Part shown: piece by piece, positions 24,057 through 34,024 of the stretch | Layout of the letters: the number at the start of each line of letters is the position of its first letter | Position numbering within the stretch: the stretch's first letter is position 1 | NCBI GenBank assembly: GCA_037132815.1 | Contig: JBAHZX010000104.1 | Coordinates: forward strand, 16,599-80,598 | Source: Shewanella sp. | GTDB lineage: Bacteria; Pseudomonadota; Gammaproteobacteria; Enterobacterales; Shewanellaceae | Length of the DNA: 64,000 bases | Reading direction: 5' to 3' | The notes under the pieces: generated by a model | Told to the model about the DNA's origin: nothing | What the model saw: the letters and a program-made list of their open reading frames with translations, nothing else | The model's database searches: none | Made by a program: the position numbers and the translations under genes

Positions 24057-24088
24057 AAAGCCAACCTTAACGGGTTGGCCTTTTTTAT
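24057..24088. terminator. Intrinsic terminator at the left end of the purine locus
   Basis: GCCAACC-ttaacg-GGTTGGC hairpin; T6 tract on the plus strand, TTTGTT on the minus strand after the porin gene. Confidence 0.7.
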
Positions 24089-24119
24089 TGCAGTGTCTCA
24101 TGCTTGGTCAAGTTAACAT

Positions 24120-24887
24120 TTACAGATGATACTGAAGAAGAAATGAGAACACACTTTGATCAACTTCAAGACCTGGAATACCATTTGGAATACCATACTT
24201 ATTCTTCCAATAGGAATATTCGACACCGACATAGAAATGGCCACTTTTACCATTAATTACAGATCCTAAGTCATACTTAAGTTGTGGATTAATGTGCAGC
24301 ATAGGTTCATAAGAGTCTTCTGACGGAGAAAATACCCAGTCAATATAGCCATCAAATACGATTCCAGTGTTACCAAAATTAACTCCCCATGACGGGGTTA
24401 GCTGCCAACCATCACTGGCTCCTGATTCCCCAGAAGGATTTCTCAATTCGGTACGGTAATACACATTTACACTCAGGAAGTTAAAGCCAGGCACATCCCA
24501 ACTTGATCCTAAACCATAGAGAACAGTACTTGCCGCTGCAGAACCTTGCTCATATTGCAGTGCAAGAGACAGATCGGTTAAGGCGCCAAAACCTACTTTA
24601 CTACCAGAAATTTTACTCGCACTAAAGCGAGTTCCATACTCCCCATAGTTAGCAAAATCACTATCACTTTGCTCTCCATTAAAGTGAATAAAATCCTGGA
24701 ACGCGAACCAATCACCGTATTTCCACCCTCCGGCAGTTTGTAGCGTAATCGTTGTTTGCTCCGCAGGATCAACCTCAAAATTATCACCATAAAGGCCTGT
24801 CACACTGAAATCAGACCATTGAATTAAGCTTTCAGCACATGCTGTAGGGCTTGCTAATAATGCGACTAATATCCATTTATTGTTCAT
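24120..24887 (-). CDS. Outer-membrane nucleoside/purine channel, Tsx/OmpK family
   Basis: Signal peptide, GGWKYGDWFAFQD, FDGYIDW, GVEYSYWKNKYG, terminal beta-signal QYHL; ATG 24887 after a GAGG RBS. Confidence 0.8.
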   Translation of the reverse strand: MNNKWILVALLASPTACAESLIQWSDFSVTGLYGDNFEVDPAEQTTITLQTAGGWKYGDWFAFQDFIHFNGEQSDSDFANYGEYGTRFSASKISGSKVGFGALTDLSLALQYEQGSAAASTVLYGLGSSWDVPGFNFLSVNVYYRTELRNPSGESGASDGWQLTPSWGVNFGNTGIVFDGYIDWVFSPSEDSYEPMLHINPQLKYDLGSVINGKSGHFYVGVEYSYWKNKYGIPNGIPGLEVDQSVFSFLLQYHL

Positions 24888-24970
24888 GTTCCTCACCTAT
24901 AGTTAATAAACTTATTATTATTTATGTAGTTAGCCTCTTCAAGAGTGACTTGTTTTAGCACTGATCGAGA

Positions 24971-26347
24971 CTAAATTGCCCAGCCACCAATATAAAAAGT
25001 AACTAATGCAATGGTAATAAGTACTGTACCTAGATTGAGATTCCTCCAATCACCAGAGATCACCCTCCCAATAACCAATACTAAAAATCCCAGCATAATG
25101 CCGGTAACAATATTACTGGTCAGCACGATAAATACAGCGCACATCAAACCAGATAGTGCACCCACTGAATCGTTAAAATCTAACTTTTTGACATTAGACA
25201 TCATCAATAATCCGACATACATCAAGGCTGGCGCTGTGGCATAAGCCGGAACCAGATAACTGATCGGTGCCAAAAACAACATACAGATAAACAAACCACC
25301 AACCACAGTGGCTGTTAAACCTGTCTTTCCGCCAGCGGCAGTACCCGCAGCTGACTCGATATAGACCGCAGCTGGTGCACCACCGACCATACCGGCAAAC
25401 ATACTACTAACAGAGTCAGCAGTTAGTGCTTTACCACCATTGATGATCTGTCCATTCTTATCTAGCAGGTTAGCCTGACCGGCTACCGCACGAATGGTAC
25501 CCGTAGCATCAAAGATAGCTGTCATTACCAAGGCAAATACCGTGGGTAAAATAATAGGGTTCAAAGCTCCCATAACATCCATAGTACCAATCAGTGAGTT
25601 CTCACCACCAAATTCAGGCATGGCAAATATGCCTTGATATACCACATTGGGATCGAAGATAAGGCCAAATACAGAGATTGCAACGATCACAAGTAAAATA
25701 CCGCCTGGAACGCGAAGTTTCTCCACCCCTATAATAGCGGCAAGACCTATCACAGACATCAACACTGACATTGAAGTAAATTCACCTAATGCAACAGGCA
25801 AACCTTCATTAGGGTTTTTTATCACTAATCCAACATTGTTTGCGGCGATTAGCAGCAAAAACAGGCCAATACCTATCCCGGTACCGTGAGCAATACCGGA
25901 TGGAAGATTATTCAAGATCCATTGACGAATACCGGTCACGGTAATACAGGTAAACACGACCCCCATAAGGAAGACCGCACCTAAAGCAACCGGAATACTG
26001 ACTCCTTGACCCAGCACGAGACTGAATGCAAGAAATGCCGTGAGTGAGATGGCACAACCAATAGCCATCGGTAGCTTTGCCCATAAGCCCATCAACAGGG
26101 AACCAAATGCTGCGATCAAACAAGTAGCGATAAATACGGCACCAGGATCAAACCCTGCGATACCCAACATACTCGGCACCACGATAACCGAATAAACCAT
26201 GGCCATGAAAGTGGTCGCACCCGCAATTAATTCTTGCCGAACCGTACTCCCTCGTTCGGTTATTTTAAAGTAATGGTCTAACGGACTCTTTGAAGTCCGC
26301 TTAGTTTGTTCTAATGATTCATTTTCAACTCTGTTACTATTGGTCAT
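24971..26347 (-). CDS. Guanine/hypoxanthine permease, NCS2 AzgA/GhxP-GhxQ type
   Basis: [45 protein letters not shown]. Confidence 0.9.
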   Translation of the reverse strand: MTNSNRVENESLEQTKRTSKSPLDHYFKITERGSTVRQELIAGATTFMAMVYSVIVVPSMLGIAGFDPGAVFIATCLIAAFGSLLMGLWAKLPMAIGCAISLTAFLAFSLVLGQGVSIPVALGAVFLMGVVFTCITVTGIRQWILNNLPSGIAHGTGIGIGLFLLLIAANNVGLVIKNPNEGLPVALGEFTSMSVLMSVIGLAAIIGVEKLRVPGGILLVIVAISVFGLIFDPNVVYQGIFAMPEFGGENSLIGTMDVMGALNPIILPTVFALVMTAIFDATGTIRAVAGQANLLDKNGQIINGGKALTADSVSSMFAGMVGGAPAAVYIESAAGTAAGGKTGLTATVVGGLFICMLFLAPISYLVPAYATAPALMYVGLLMMSNVKKLDFNDSVGALSGLMCAVFIVLTSNIVTGIMLGFLVLVIGRVISGDWRNLNLGTVLITIALVTFYIGGWAI

Positions 26348-26518
26348 ATCATCGCTTCCTTTTTACCACAAAGTATAGCCTTGATAACATCATTCGATGT
26401 GTCTACTAACATTTCGAACAATAACACCAAGAATAAAATTATGAAGATTTAAATACTTAAGTCCATACTTCCACATATTTTGCTGCAACAGCCTAGCATT
26501 TCCATTTTAAACTCGTAC

Positions 26519-27850
26519 TTAATTACGTGTGTAAACTAATTTTCCATCAACATAAGTACGGTATATACTACGATCATCACTTAAGGTCATGATCACAAAC
26601 AACTCATCAATAAGCGACTTAGAATTATCATACCTCAACTGCTGTAAAGGAGTCGCGCAGGGATCAATAACCACAAAGTCGGCTTCCTTACCTATCTCAA
26701 AATTACCGATCAGATGATCTAAAGAGAGAGACTTAGCGCCGCCTAATGTCGCCAAATAAAAGGCCTCAAATGCAGAAAAACGATACTCTTGCAACTGCAT
26801 CACCTTATAAGCTTCATTCAAAGTCTGCATAATGCTAAAGGTAGTTCCCGCACCAATATCAGTACCGATGCCCACCTTAACCTTACGCTTCCAAGCTTCC
26901 TGTAGCTTAAATAGGCCACTGCCAAGATAGAGATTAGATGTAGGACAGAAAGAAACGGCTGAATCTGTCTCATGAAGACAATCCCACTCACAATCTTTAA
27001 GGTGAATACTGTGGGCAAATATACTCTTAGGTCCCGTAAGCCCATGATGATGGTAAACATCTAAATAACTGCTACGCTCAGGAAACAGCTCTTTAACCCA
27101 CTTAATCTCATCAACATTTTCGCACAGATGGGTGTGTATATAAGTATCAGGGAACTCTTGCTTAAGCCTTCCAGCGATATCGAGTTGCTCAGAGGATGAA
27201 GTCGGTGCAAAACGTGGAGTAATAGCATAGAGCAGACGTCCACGCTTATGCCACTTCTCAATAAGCCACTTACTCTGGCTGTAGCTAGTCTCTGGCGTAT
27301 CCAACAGATAATCAGGGGCATTCCTGTCCATCATCACCTTGCCAGCTATCATACGCATATTGATATTTTCAGCCACTTCAAATAGAGAGTTGACTGACTC
27401 TGGATGTACAGTACAAAATACCATGGCCGTAGTTGTGCCGTTGCGCAGCAGTTGCTTCACAAAGAACTCAGACATTTCTTTGGCATAGTCTTTGTCTTTG
27501 TAACGCGCCTCGGTGGGGAAAACATAGTTATTAAGCCATTCAAGTAACTGTTCACCATAGGCACCCACTATTTCAGATTGTGGATAGTGAATATGGGTGT
27601 CGATAAACCCTGGCATAACTATTTTTCCTGGATAACTACGAACCCTAACATCTGTAGGGATCTTATTCCTGCCCTCTTCCCAGGTACCTATCCACTCGAT
27701 TCGTCCATTGGTTATAAACATCAAACCATCTTCAATAAATCTTAGATTCCTCTCGATATCCTTAGGGTCGTCTACCACACTTAAGATATCTAAAAACGAT
27801 GATCTAATGACTTTTATCGCATGATTATTTTCCATAAAACCTTCACTCAT
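26519..27850 (-). CDS. guaD: Guanine deaminase
   Basis: PGFIDTHIHYPQ, ITPRFAPTS, HTHLCEN, GTDIGAG; start may be 27835. Confidence 0.96.
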   Translation of the reverse strand: MSEGFMENNHAIKVIRSSFLDILSVVDDPKDIERNLRFIEDGLMFITNGRIEWIGTWEEGRNKIPTDVRVRSYPGKIVMPGFIDTHIHYPQSEIVGAYGEQLLEWLNNYVFPTEARYKDKDYAKEMSEFFVKQLLRNGTTTAMVFCTVHPESVNSLFEVAENINMRMIAGKVMMDRNAPDYLLDTPETSYSQSKWLIEKWHKRGRLLYAITPRFAPTSSSEQLDIAGRLKQEFPDTYIHTHLCENVDEIKWVKELFPERSSYLDVYHHHGLTGPKSIFAHSIHLKDCEWDCLHETDSAVSFCPTSNLYLGSGLFKLQEAWKRKVKVGIGTDIGAGTTFSIMQTLNEAYKVMQLQEYRFSAFEAFYLATLGGAKSLSLDHLIGNFEIGKEADFVVIDPCATPLQQLRYDNSKSLIDELFVIMTLSDDRSIYRTYVDGKLVYTRN

Positions 27851-27907
27851 CTCTTACTACCCATGGGTTTCATTAAAATATAGATAAGAATTAAATGTTT
27901 TAGACTT

Positions 27908-27921
27908 ATGATTTACATCAA
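27908..27921. promoter_or_regulatory. FNR/EtrA-like box upstream of guaD
   Basis: Minus-strand TTGAT-GTAA-ATCAT (1 mismatch to TTGAT-N4-ATCAA); TATATT -10-like hexamer at 27877-27882 on the minus strand. Confidence 0.55.
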
Positions 27922-27981
27922 AAAAAGTTGAAATCGTGCTTATTATCTACATATTGAATTACGTTATTTAATTATTATTAC

Positions 27982-29361
27982 TCATTTTTTATTCTGTTCA
28001 GACATATTATCAGCCTCGCTCTCTGAAATCTGATCCCTCAAAGCCTCGCGCTTCTCTGCCGTACACTGAACTTCATCGGAACGACTGACCCTAAGCACCA
28101 AGTTAAGTAACAACGCAACTAATGAGCCCGCTGTAATACCTGAACTGAAAATCACTCTAACTGAGTCGGGAAGACTATGGAGGATCTCAGGGCGCATGGT
28201 TACCGCCATGCCAACGGCAACACCCACTGCGATGATCAGCATGTTGCGTTTAGTGAAGTTGATGCGAGCTAAGATACCGATACCCGATGAGATGATCATA
28301 GAGAACATCACCAGCCCGGCACCACCGAGTACGGGAGAAGGTATGGTGACAACCAGAGCACCTATTTTAGGAAATAATCCTGCAAACACCATAATAAGGC
28401 CAGTCAATGCCACCACATGTCGGCTGGCCACCCCAGTTATTGAGACGATGCCTACATTTTGGCTAAAAGATGAAAATGGAGTGGTCCCTAAAGTTGATGC
28501 CAATGCGCTGCCCAGACCATCACATAAAATACCCCTTGAAAGCTTACTTCCAGTCAACTTAGTATTAGTTGCATCACTCAGGGCTAAAAAATCTCCAGTG
28601 GACTCCATGATAGTAACCAGATAAGCGATAGACATACCTATGATGCCACTGATGGTAAAACTAAGACCGAAGGGAAGTAGATGGGGTAAGGCAAATACTG
28701 GCGCACTAGCCACTGGAGAAAAATCAACAATCCCCAACATTATCGCAACCAAATACCCGACAAACATACCGATAACGATAGCGGCAGCGGAGATAATGCC
28801 CTTGCCTAACTGCGATAATCCTATAACCACCACTAACACCAGCGATCCGAGCAGCAGGTTACTATGATCCCCATAGCCCTCTTGGCCGACAAAGCCACCA
28901 GCGAACCAATCCACAGCCACAGGCAAAATAGTTAAGCCAATAAGCAACACCACAGTTCCTGAGACTACGGGAGGAAATAACTTTCTGATCTGTGGCATAA
29001 AACGACTGCCAACAATCATCACTAGAGAGCCAACTAATGCGGCGCCAAAAATCGCCGATACTCCAGACTCCAGACCAATAGAGATAGAGATGGCAACAAA
29101 GGTAAAACTGGTCCCCATCACCACAGGTAAACGTATTCCTACCGGGCCAACACCTTTACACTGAATAATAGTCACAAAGCCTGAGACCATCAATGCGGCA
29201 TTAACCAAAATGACCATCTCATCTGTGGCAAGACCGATGGCGGACCCAACCACTAAAGGGACAGCAACAATCGCCCCCATCGCAGCTAACATATGCTGCA
29301 GTGCAAGCACAATACTGGCACCCATAGGAGGTTTATCTTCAATTTTATACAACAGTTTCAT
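27982..29361 (-). CDS. Xanthine/uric acid permease, NCS2 (NAT) family
   Basis: LQH in TM1, ESTGD, NAT signature SSFSQNVGIVSITG (xanthine/urate-type Q-N-x-G). Confidence 0.88.
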   Translation of the reverse strand: MKLLYKIEDKPPMGASIVLALQHMLAAMGAIVAVPLVVGSAIGLATDEMVILVNAALMVSGFVTIIQCKGVGPVGIRLPVVMGTSFTFVAISISIGLESGVSAIFGAALVGSLVMIVGSRFMPQIRKLFPPVVSGTVVLLIGLTILPVAVDWFAGGFVGQEGYGDHSNLLLGSLVLVVVIGLSQLGKGIISAAAIVIGMFVGYLVAIMLGIVDFSPVASAPVFALPHLLPFGLSFTISGIIGMSIAYLVTIMESTGDFLALSDATNTKLTGSKLSRGILCDGLGSALASTLGTTPFSSFSQNVGIVSITGVASRHVVALTGLIMVFAGLFPKIGALVVTIPSPVLGGAGLVMFSMIISSGIGILARINFTKRNMLIIAVGVAVGMAVTMRPEILHSLPDSVRVIFSSGITAGSLVALLLNLVLRVSRSDEVQCTAEKREALRDQISESEADNMSEQNKK

Positions 29362-29517
29362 CTCGAATCCTTATCTAAACTTTAGAGCAAGTCATACACT
29401 AAGGCATCAACAAACTTGGGGGATTTTAAGTAAACTACAAATCAAACAGGAACCGTTAAAGTGTGAAATGGTAGCGAACACGACAAACGCCGTGCCGCCC
29501 AAGTGTTCCTCAGAGAG

Positions 29518-32388
29518 TTATAACTTATTCAGTCCTTCAAGGACCTTCTCTGGAGTGAAATGCCAATCGCGGATCCACACGCCACAAGCATCATGTATAG
29601 CCGATGCGATAGCGGGCGCTGCTCCGTTCACCCCAATTTCAGAGATAGATTTGGCCCCGTAAGGACCCACTTTGTCATCACTAGGAACCAGTACTGCCTT
29701 AAATTCATTAGGAATATCGCCAATCATAGGTGCACCATAACTTTTAAGATCACGGGTTAGCGGGATACCATTTTTGTCATAAATAAGCTCTTCGGTTAAG
29801 CTGTGACCAATAGCACGCAAACTAGCACCGTAGATCTGGCCAAGGGCAAGGCTCGGATTGATTGGAGTGCCGCAGTCAAGCAGGGCATGGAACTTCTCAA
29901 GTTTGATTTCACCCGTGCGAATATTGACCGCAACTTCAGTAAAGTTGGCACCATAGGGAAAGGCAAATAGTGAGGTAATAAAACAACCGTTGGCCAGTAA
30001 CTGCCCCCAACCAGTGCCACTCTCGGCGCGATGAGCAATATCGAAGTAGCTGACTTCACCTTGTTTACCTTTCACAACGCTAGGTGCGGCGAGAATGACA
30101 TCTTCGATGGCCTCATCTAGCATCTCAGCACCACAGGCTAAAATTTTGGTACGCATGCTCTCAGCAGCTATTTTTGCGGCATTGCCAGAGAAACAGGTTC
30201 CCGAAGAGGCGTAAGCGCCCTTATCGAATGGAGCATGATCAGTATCACCTGAGTTTACGGTGATCTCATCGATAGGACAGCACAGCACCTCGGCGGTGAG
30301 TTTAGCTACCACAGTATCTAACCCCGTACCGATATCGGCACCGCCGGAGTGAACGATAAAAGTGCCATCGGATGCCATTCTAATCGAGCAGTTAGCCTGA
30401 TCGATATCTGGAATGCCTGATTTTTGCTGGATAATGGCCACTCCACGGCCAATTCGCCAATCGCCATCCGCTTTCTTGTCACCATCCCAATTAATCAGTT
30501 CACGTCCCTGCTTAAGAATTTGCTCTAGGGCACAGCTTAATGCTCTTGGCGCCATTGCAGGCATCTTACCTTCACCGATAGCACCCAAGATCTTAAGCTC
30601 TTGGCCTTCACGAACACGGTTAATCTCGACCATATCAAGATGATCGATCCCTAGAACTTCAGCCATTTCAGCCATCGCCATCGTCAAGGCAAAATTCCCC
30701 TTAGGCGCGCCATAACCCTGATAAGCACCAGTTGGGCAGATATTAGAGTAATAAGTTGTGACACGAAAATCGACATTATCACAGGGGTATAGAGGCAGGG
30801 ACAAAGCAGGTCCATTACAAGGCACCGTCAGCGCGTGGTTTCCGTAAGGGCCTGTGTTCGCAAGAAAATCCATATCAATAGCGGTTAAAGTACCATCTTT
30901 CTTGGCACCAATTTTCACATGCACCTTAGCTACATGACGGGTAGAGTTAGCAATAAACTCTTCTTCACGTGTGTAGTGAAAATACACGCCTCTACCTGTG
31001 ATCCAAGTCGCCCAGCCACAGACATCTTGCAGCAAGATATCTTGCTTAGAGCCAAAACCACCGCCAACACGCTCTTTGATAATATGCACTTTATTTTGTT
31101 TAATACCGATAATCTTAGCCACTTGGCGACGCACATGCCAAGGAACCTGAGTCGAGTCGTGCATCACTAGACGATCACCATCCATATAGCTATAACAAAT
31201 ATGAGTTTCCGTCGGGAGTTGCTGTACTTGCTTAGACTCATAAGTACGCTCGATGACATGATCGGCCTCGCTAAAACCTTTGTTGATATCGCCTATATGA
31301 CCACGAATGCTAGCCGCAATATTTTTTCTCGGAAAACAGCCAATGGGGAAGTTAATGATCACCTTACCATCTCTTATATCGGCATTTTTATTTTGCTCAG
31401 CCAAATCATCAGGAGCACCAACAATATAGTCTATAGGACCATTATGGATAATGGGTGCATCAACAGCGCGGGCCTCATCTATGGTGATAACGGGCTTGAG
31501 AACATCATATTTAACCTCGATCAGCTTGAGGGCCTGCTCTGCTACCTCAACGGATTCAGCCACCACTGCAGCGACTCTATCACCTACATGACGTAGTTTT
31601 TGACAAAACATCCGTCTGTCTAATGGTGAAGGTTCAGGGGCACTCTGGCCACCTGGAGTGTAAGGAATATCTGGACAATTCTTATAAGTGATGACAGTCA
31701 CCACTCCCTCCAAGGCTTCGGCTTTAGTGACATCTAGGTCAGTAATCCAAGCATGTGGATGCGGGCTACGGAGCATCTTTATCACGCAGGCATCTTTAGG
31801 GATCCTATCTTCTACATAACAAGGTTTCGCCTGCACCATTTTAGCCGAATCTAACTTAGGGGTATTCTTTCCAATATAGGTGAGATCGTCTCTAAATTCT
31901 GGCGCGTACTGCTTATTATACTCTGGATTTTTCAGGCGGTTTACGGCTAACTCGATCACCTCATAATATTGCTGGTAGCCTGCATCACGGCTAAATATTC
32001 CTGTTAAAGCATCGTCTATCTCTTCACGACTTGGATTCGGGTTATGCTTTAACAGCTCAGTTAAGATTAGTGCCATGGCGGGATCGTTATATCCCGATTG
32101 CACCACACCCACATCAATCATCGCTTGTTGAACATGGTTCAACTGATCCCACTTACCTAATGATTCGGCCGTATAAACCTCGGAGCCCTCAAGCTGAGCT
32201 GCGATCAACAAGGAAGCATTCAGTAGACGACCATCGACTAATATCACATCAGAACCTGCAAAGCCAAAACCGTCATCACTGTTACGCACAGAGCGAAAAC
32301 CAACCTTATTCAGTAAGGTTTGGACATTATCACCAAGACAGCAAGCAAGTTCTTGCTGGCGACCATTTATTGTTAGGTTAATGCTCAT
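29518..32388 (-). CDS. xdhD: XdhD (YgfN)-type molybdenum hydroxylase: fused Cys-less Fe-S-like domain plus molybdopterin domain
   Basis: 956 aa from ATG 32388 (GGAGG RBS); SVRNSDDGFGFAGSD, GGGFGSKQD, AYQGYGAP, GAYASSG, GAKSISE. Confidence 0.92.
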   Translation of the reverse strand: MSINLTINGRQQELACCLGDNVQTLLNKVGFRSVRNSDDGFGFAGSDVILVDGRLLNASLLIAAQLEGSEVYTAESLGKWDQLNHVQQAMIDVGVVQSGYNDPAMALILTELLKHNPNPSREEIDDALTGIFSRDAGYQQYYEVIELAVNRLKNPEYNKQYAPEFRDDLTYIGKNTPKLDSAKMVQAKPCYVEDRIPKDACVIKMLRSPHPHAWITDLDVTKAEALEGVVTVITYKNCPDIPYTPGGQSAPEPSPLDRRMFCQKLRHVGDRVAAVVAESVEVAEQALKLIEVKYDVLKPVITIDEARAVDAPIIHNGPIDYIVGAPDDLAEQNKNADIRDGKVIINFPIGCFPRKNIAASIRGHIGDINKGFSEADHVIERTYESKQVQQLPTETHICYSYMDGDRLVMHDSTQVPWHVRRQVAKIIGIKQNKVHIIKERVGGGFGSKQDILLQDVCGWATWITGRGVYFHYTREEEFIANSTRHVAKVHVKIGAKKDGTLTAIDMDFLANTGPYGNHALTVPCNGPALSLPLYPCDNVDFRVTTYYSNICPTGAYQGYGAPKGNFALTMAMAEMAEVLGIDHLDMVEINRVREGQELKILGAIGEGKMPAMAPRALSCALEQILKQGRELINWDGDKKADGDWRIGRGVAIIQQKSGIPDIDQANCSIRMASDGTFIVHSGGADIGTGLDTVVAKLTAEVLCCPIDEITVNSGDTDHAPFDKGAYASSGTCFSGNAAKIAAESMRTKILACGAEMLDEAIEDVILAAPSVVKGKQGEVSYFDIAHRAESGTGWGQLLANGCFITSLFAFPYGANFTEVAVNIRTGEIKLEKFHALLDCGTPINPSLALGQIYGASLRAIGHSLTEELIYDKNGIPLTRDLKSYGAPMIGDIPNEFKAVLVPSDDKVGPYGAKSISEIGVNGAAPAIASAIHDACGVWIRDWHFTPEKVLEGLNKL

Positions 32389-32390
32389 CA

Positions 32391-33185
32391 CTAAACCTCC
32401 TTTACTAGACATCGGCATTCGGCAAGTAAATCAGTCACTAATACCCCTGAAATATATTGCTTATACTTCACGCTGCCACGAATATCAGCCTCAGGAAATA
32501 CTGAATTAGCCACCGCTTTTTCCAATTGTTGTTCAGTTAACTGTTGTGCCTCGATGTTTCTCAATCGAACAGGAATACTGTAACCAGTTATGCGTGGTGT
32601 GATACCATCAATGACGATCACGCTTTCACCAGACTGTTCTAAAGATACGGCCACATTGATAATAGAAAGACCTGCAGCAGATCGAGTCATGTTGTAGGCC
32701 AAACAAACTAAGTTAACATCTGGGATCACGACCTGAAGGATCAAGCCACGACTAGCACTTATCAGGTAATCTTCTATCCCCATCTCTCCGACTTCGGCCG
32801 TCACAATGCGTGCTTTAAGGGCGATCAAGACTGGCAACAATAAGGCTTCTTCTTGAAAGGCGGCGATCTCTCCGCCAATAGTCGCTTGATTACGTAGATG
32901 TTTTGAATAAATGAATTTTGCCGCCTGCTTTAGAGCATAAGGAGTTAACTCATTATCCAGCACTGACTGAATCCGACACATGGCATCGATATGCAAGGAG
33001 TTCCCACGTGATTCAATGGTTTCCAAAGCTAAGTCATTCAGGGAGATAGCGACGGTTTTTTTCGTAAGACTAGGTCTAGCATTGAGTTTTGATCCTCCTG
33101 CAAACCAAGTTGCATTAGCTGCATGCTGCTTCATTAAGTTCAGAGCTTGCTCTGTGTTGCTCGGCTTAAAAAAGTGTTCAATCAT
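32391..33185 (-). CDS. ygfM: YgfM-type FAD-binding subunit of a Mo hydroxylase
   Basis: MIEHFFKP, WFAGGSKLNA, LRNQATIGGE, DIRGSVKYK. Confidence 0.9.
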   Translation of the reverse strand: MIEHFFKPSNTEQALNLMKQHAANATWFAGGSKLNARPSLTKKTVAISLNDLALETIESRGNSLHIDAMCRIQSVLDNELTPYALKQAAKFIYSKHLRNQATIGGEIAAFQEEALLLPVLIALKARIVTAEVGEMGIEDYLISASRGLILQVVIPDVNLVCLAYNMTRSAAGLSIINVAVSLEQSGESVIVIDGITPRITGYSIPVRLRNIEAQQLTEQQLEKAVANSVFPEADIRGSVKYKQYISGVLVTDLLAECRCLVKEV

Positions 33186-33263
33186 AATACTTTCCTTCTC
33201 AAATTAGCCTATTTACCCACTCGTACTACTTAATTTTAAATATGGGTAATATAACTAAACAGT

Positions 33264-33279
33264 GGCAACATTTACGCCA
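33264..33279 (-). promoter_or_regulatory. Sigma54 (-24/-12) promoter of ygfM-xdhD-permease
   Basis: Minus-strand TGGCGT-AAATG-TTGCC, exact GG-N10-GC spacing. Confidence 0.85.
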
Positions 33280-33313
33280 GTAGTCATGATGTAGTGTGCT
33301 ATTTTTACTTATT

Positions 33314-33327
33314 ATGATTTAAGTCAA
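33314..33327. promoter_or_regulatory. 14-bp FNR-like box ATGATTTAAGTCAA (copy 1)
   Basis: Identical to 43370-43383; reverse complement TTGAC-TTAA-ATCAT. Confidence 0.6.
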
Positions 33328-33467
33328 ATTCACTCCATCGTCGACGTAACTCTTGATAATTTACGGGAAAATAGTGATTCAAATTTAAATTTAAGAAAGA
33401 TAAGTAAACCTGAGAAAGCACAAAATAGGAGGGCAATAGGACGAAAGTGAACAATAAATATCAAGGG

Positions 33468-33503
33468 CTATCAAAGTAATAGTAAAGGCTATCAATTTGA
33501 TAG
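33468..33503. promoter_or_regulatory. Tandem candidate YgeV enhancer sites
   Basis: CTATCA-AAG-TAATAG (33468) and perfect CTATCA-ATT-TGATAG (33489), starts 21 bp apart. Confidence 0.65.
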
Positions 33504-33565
33504 TAATAGTGATAGCCCAATCAGGATAACGTTTACCACAGGTAAATTATTTTAATTCAGCGTTC

Positions 33566-34024
33566 CTAATGTAATTCACGGAATACTTCAGAAATAAATG
33601 ACTTCTCACAGTAATGACACTTCAGCTTTACCCCGATGCTCTCTTGCTTGATATTGAAACGGCTATCCACTGGTTCATTATGGCTAATACAGTTACTGTT
33701 AGGACAGGTTAACACCCCTATAATACGCTCGGGAATAGCAAGTTTAAACTTATCTACCACTTCAAAATTTTCGATCACATTAATGGTCGCTTTAGGCGCG
33801 AACAGCGCTAACTGGTTAGCCTGATTTTGATCGAATACGGTGTGCTCAATCTTAATCAAATCTTTCAAATGACCACTGCTCGTTGGCAAATTCAGACCAA
33901 TGGTGAGACGCTGTTGCCCCTCGGAGAGTTCAAAAAACTTCAAAATCTTAACCCCTTGACCTGGTGCGATATGGTCAATAACCGTCCCATTTTCAATGGC
34001 TTCGACTTTTAGCTGTTTCTTCAT
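33566..34024 (-). CDS. pyrI: Aspartate carbamoyltransferase regulatory subunit
   Basis: [22 protein letters not shown], Zn ligands CPNSNC...CHYCEK. Confidence 0.97.
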   Translation of the reverse strand: MKKQLKVEAIENGTVIDHIAPGQGVKILKFFELSEGQQRLTIGLNLPTSSGHLKDLIKIEHTVFDQNQANQLALFAPKATINVIENFEVVDKFKLAIPERIIGVLTCPNSNCISHNEPVDSRFNIKQESIGVKLKCHYCEKSFISEVFRELH

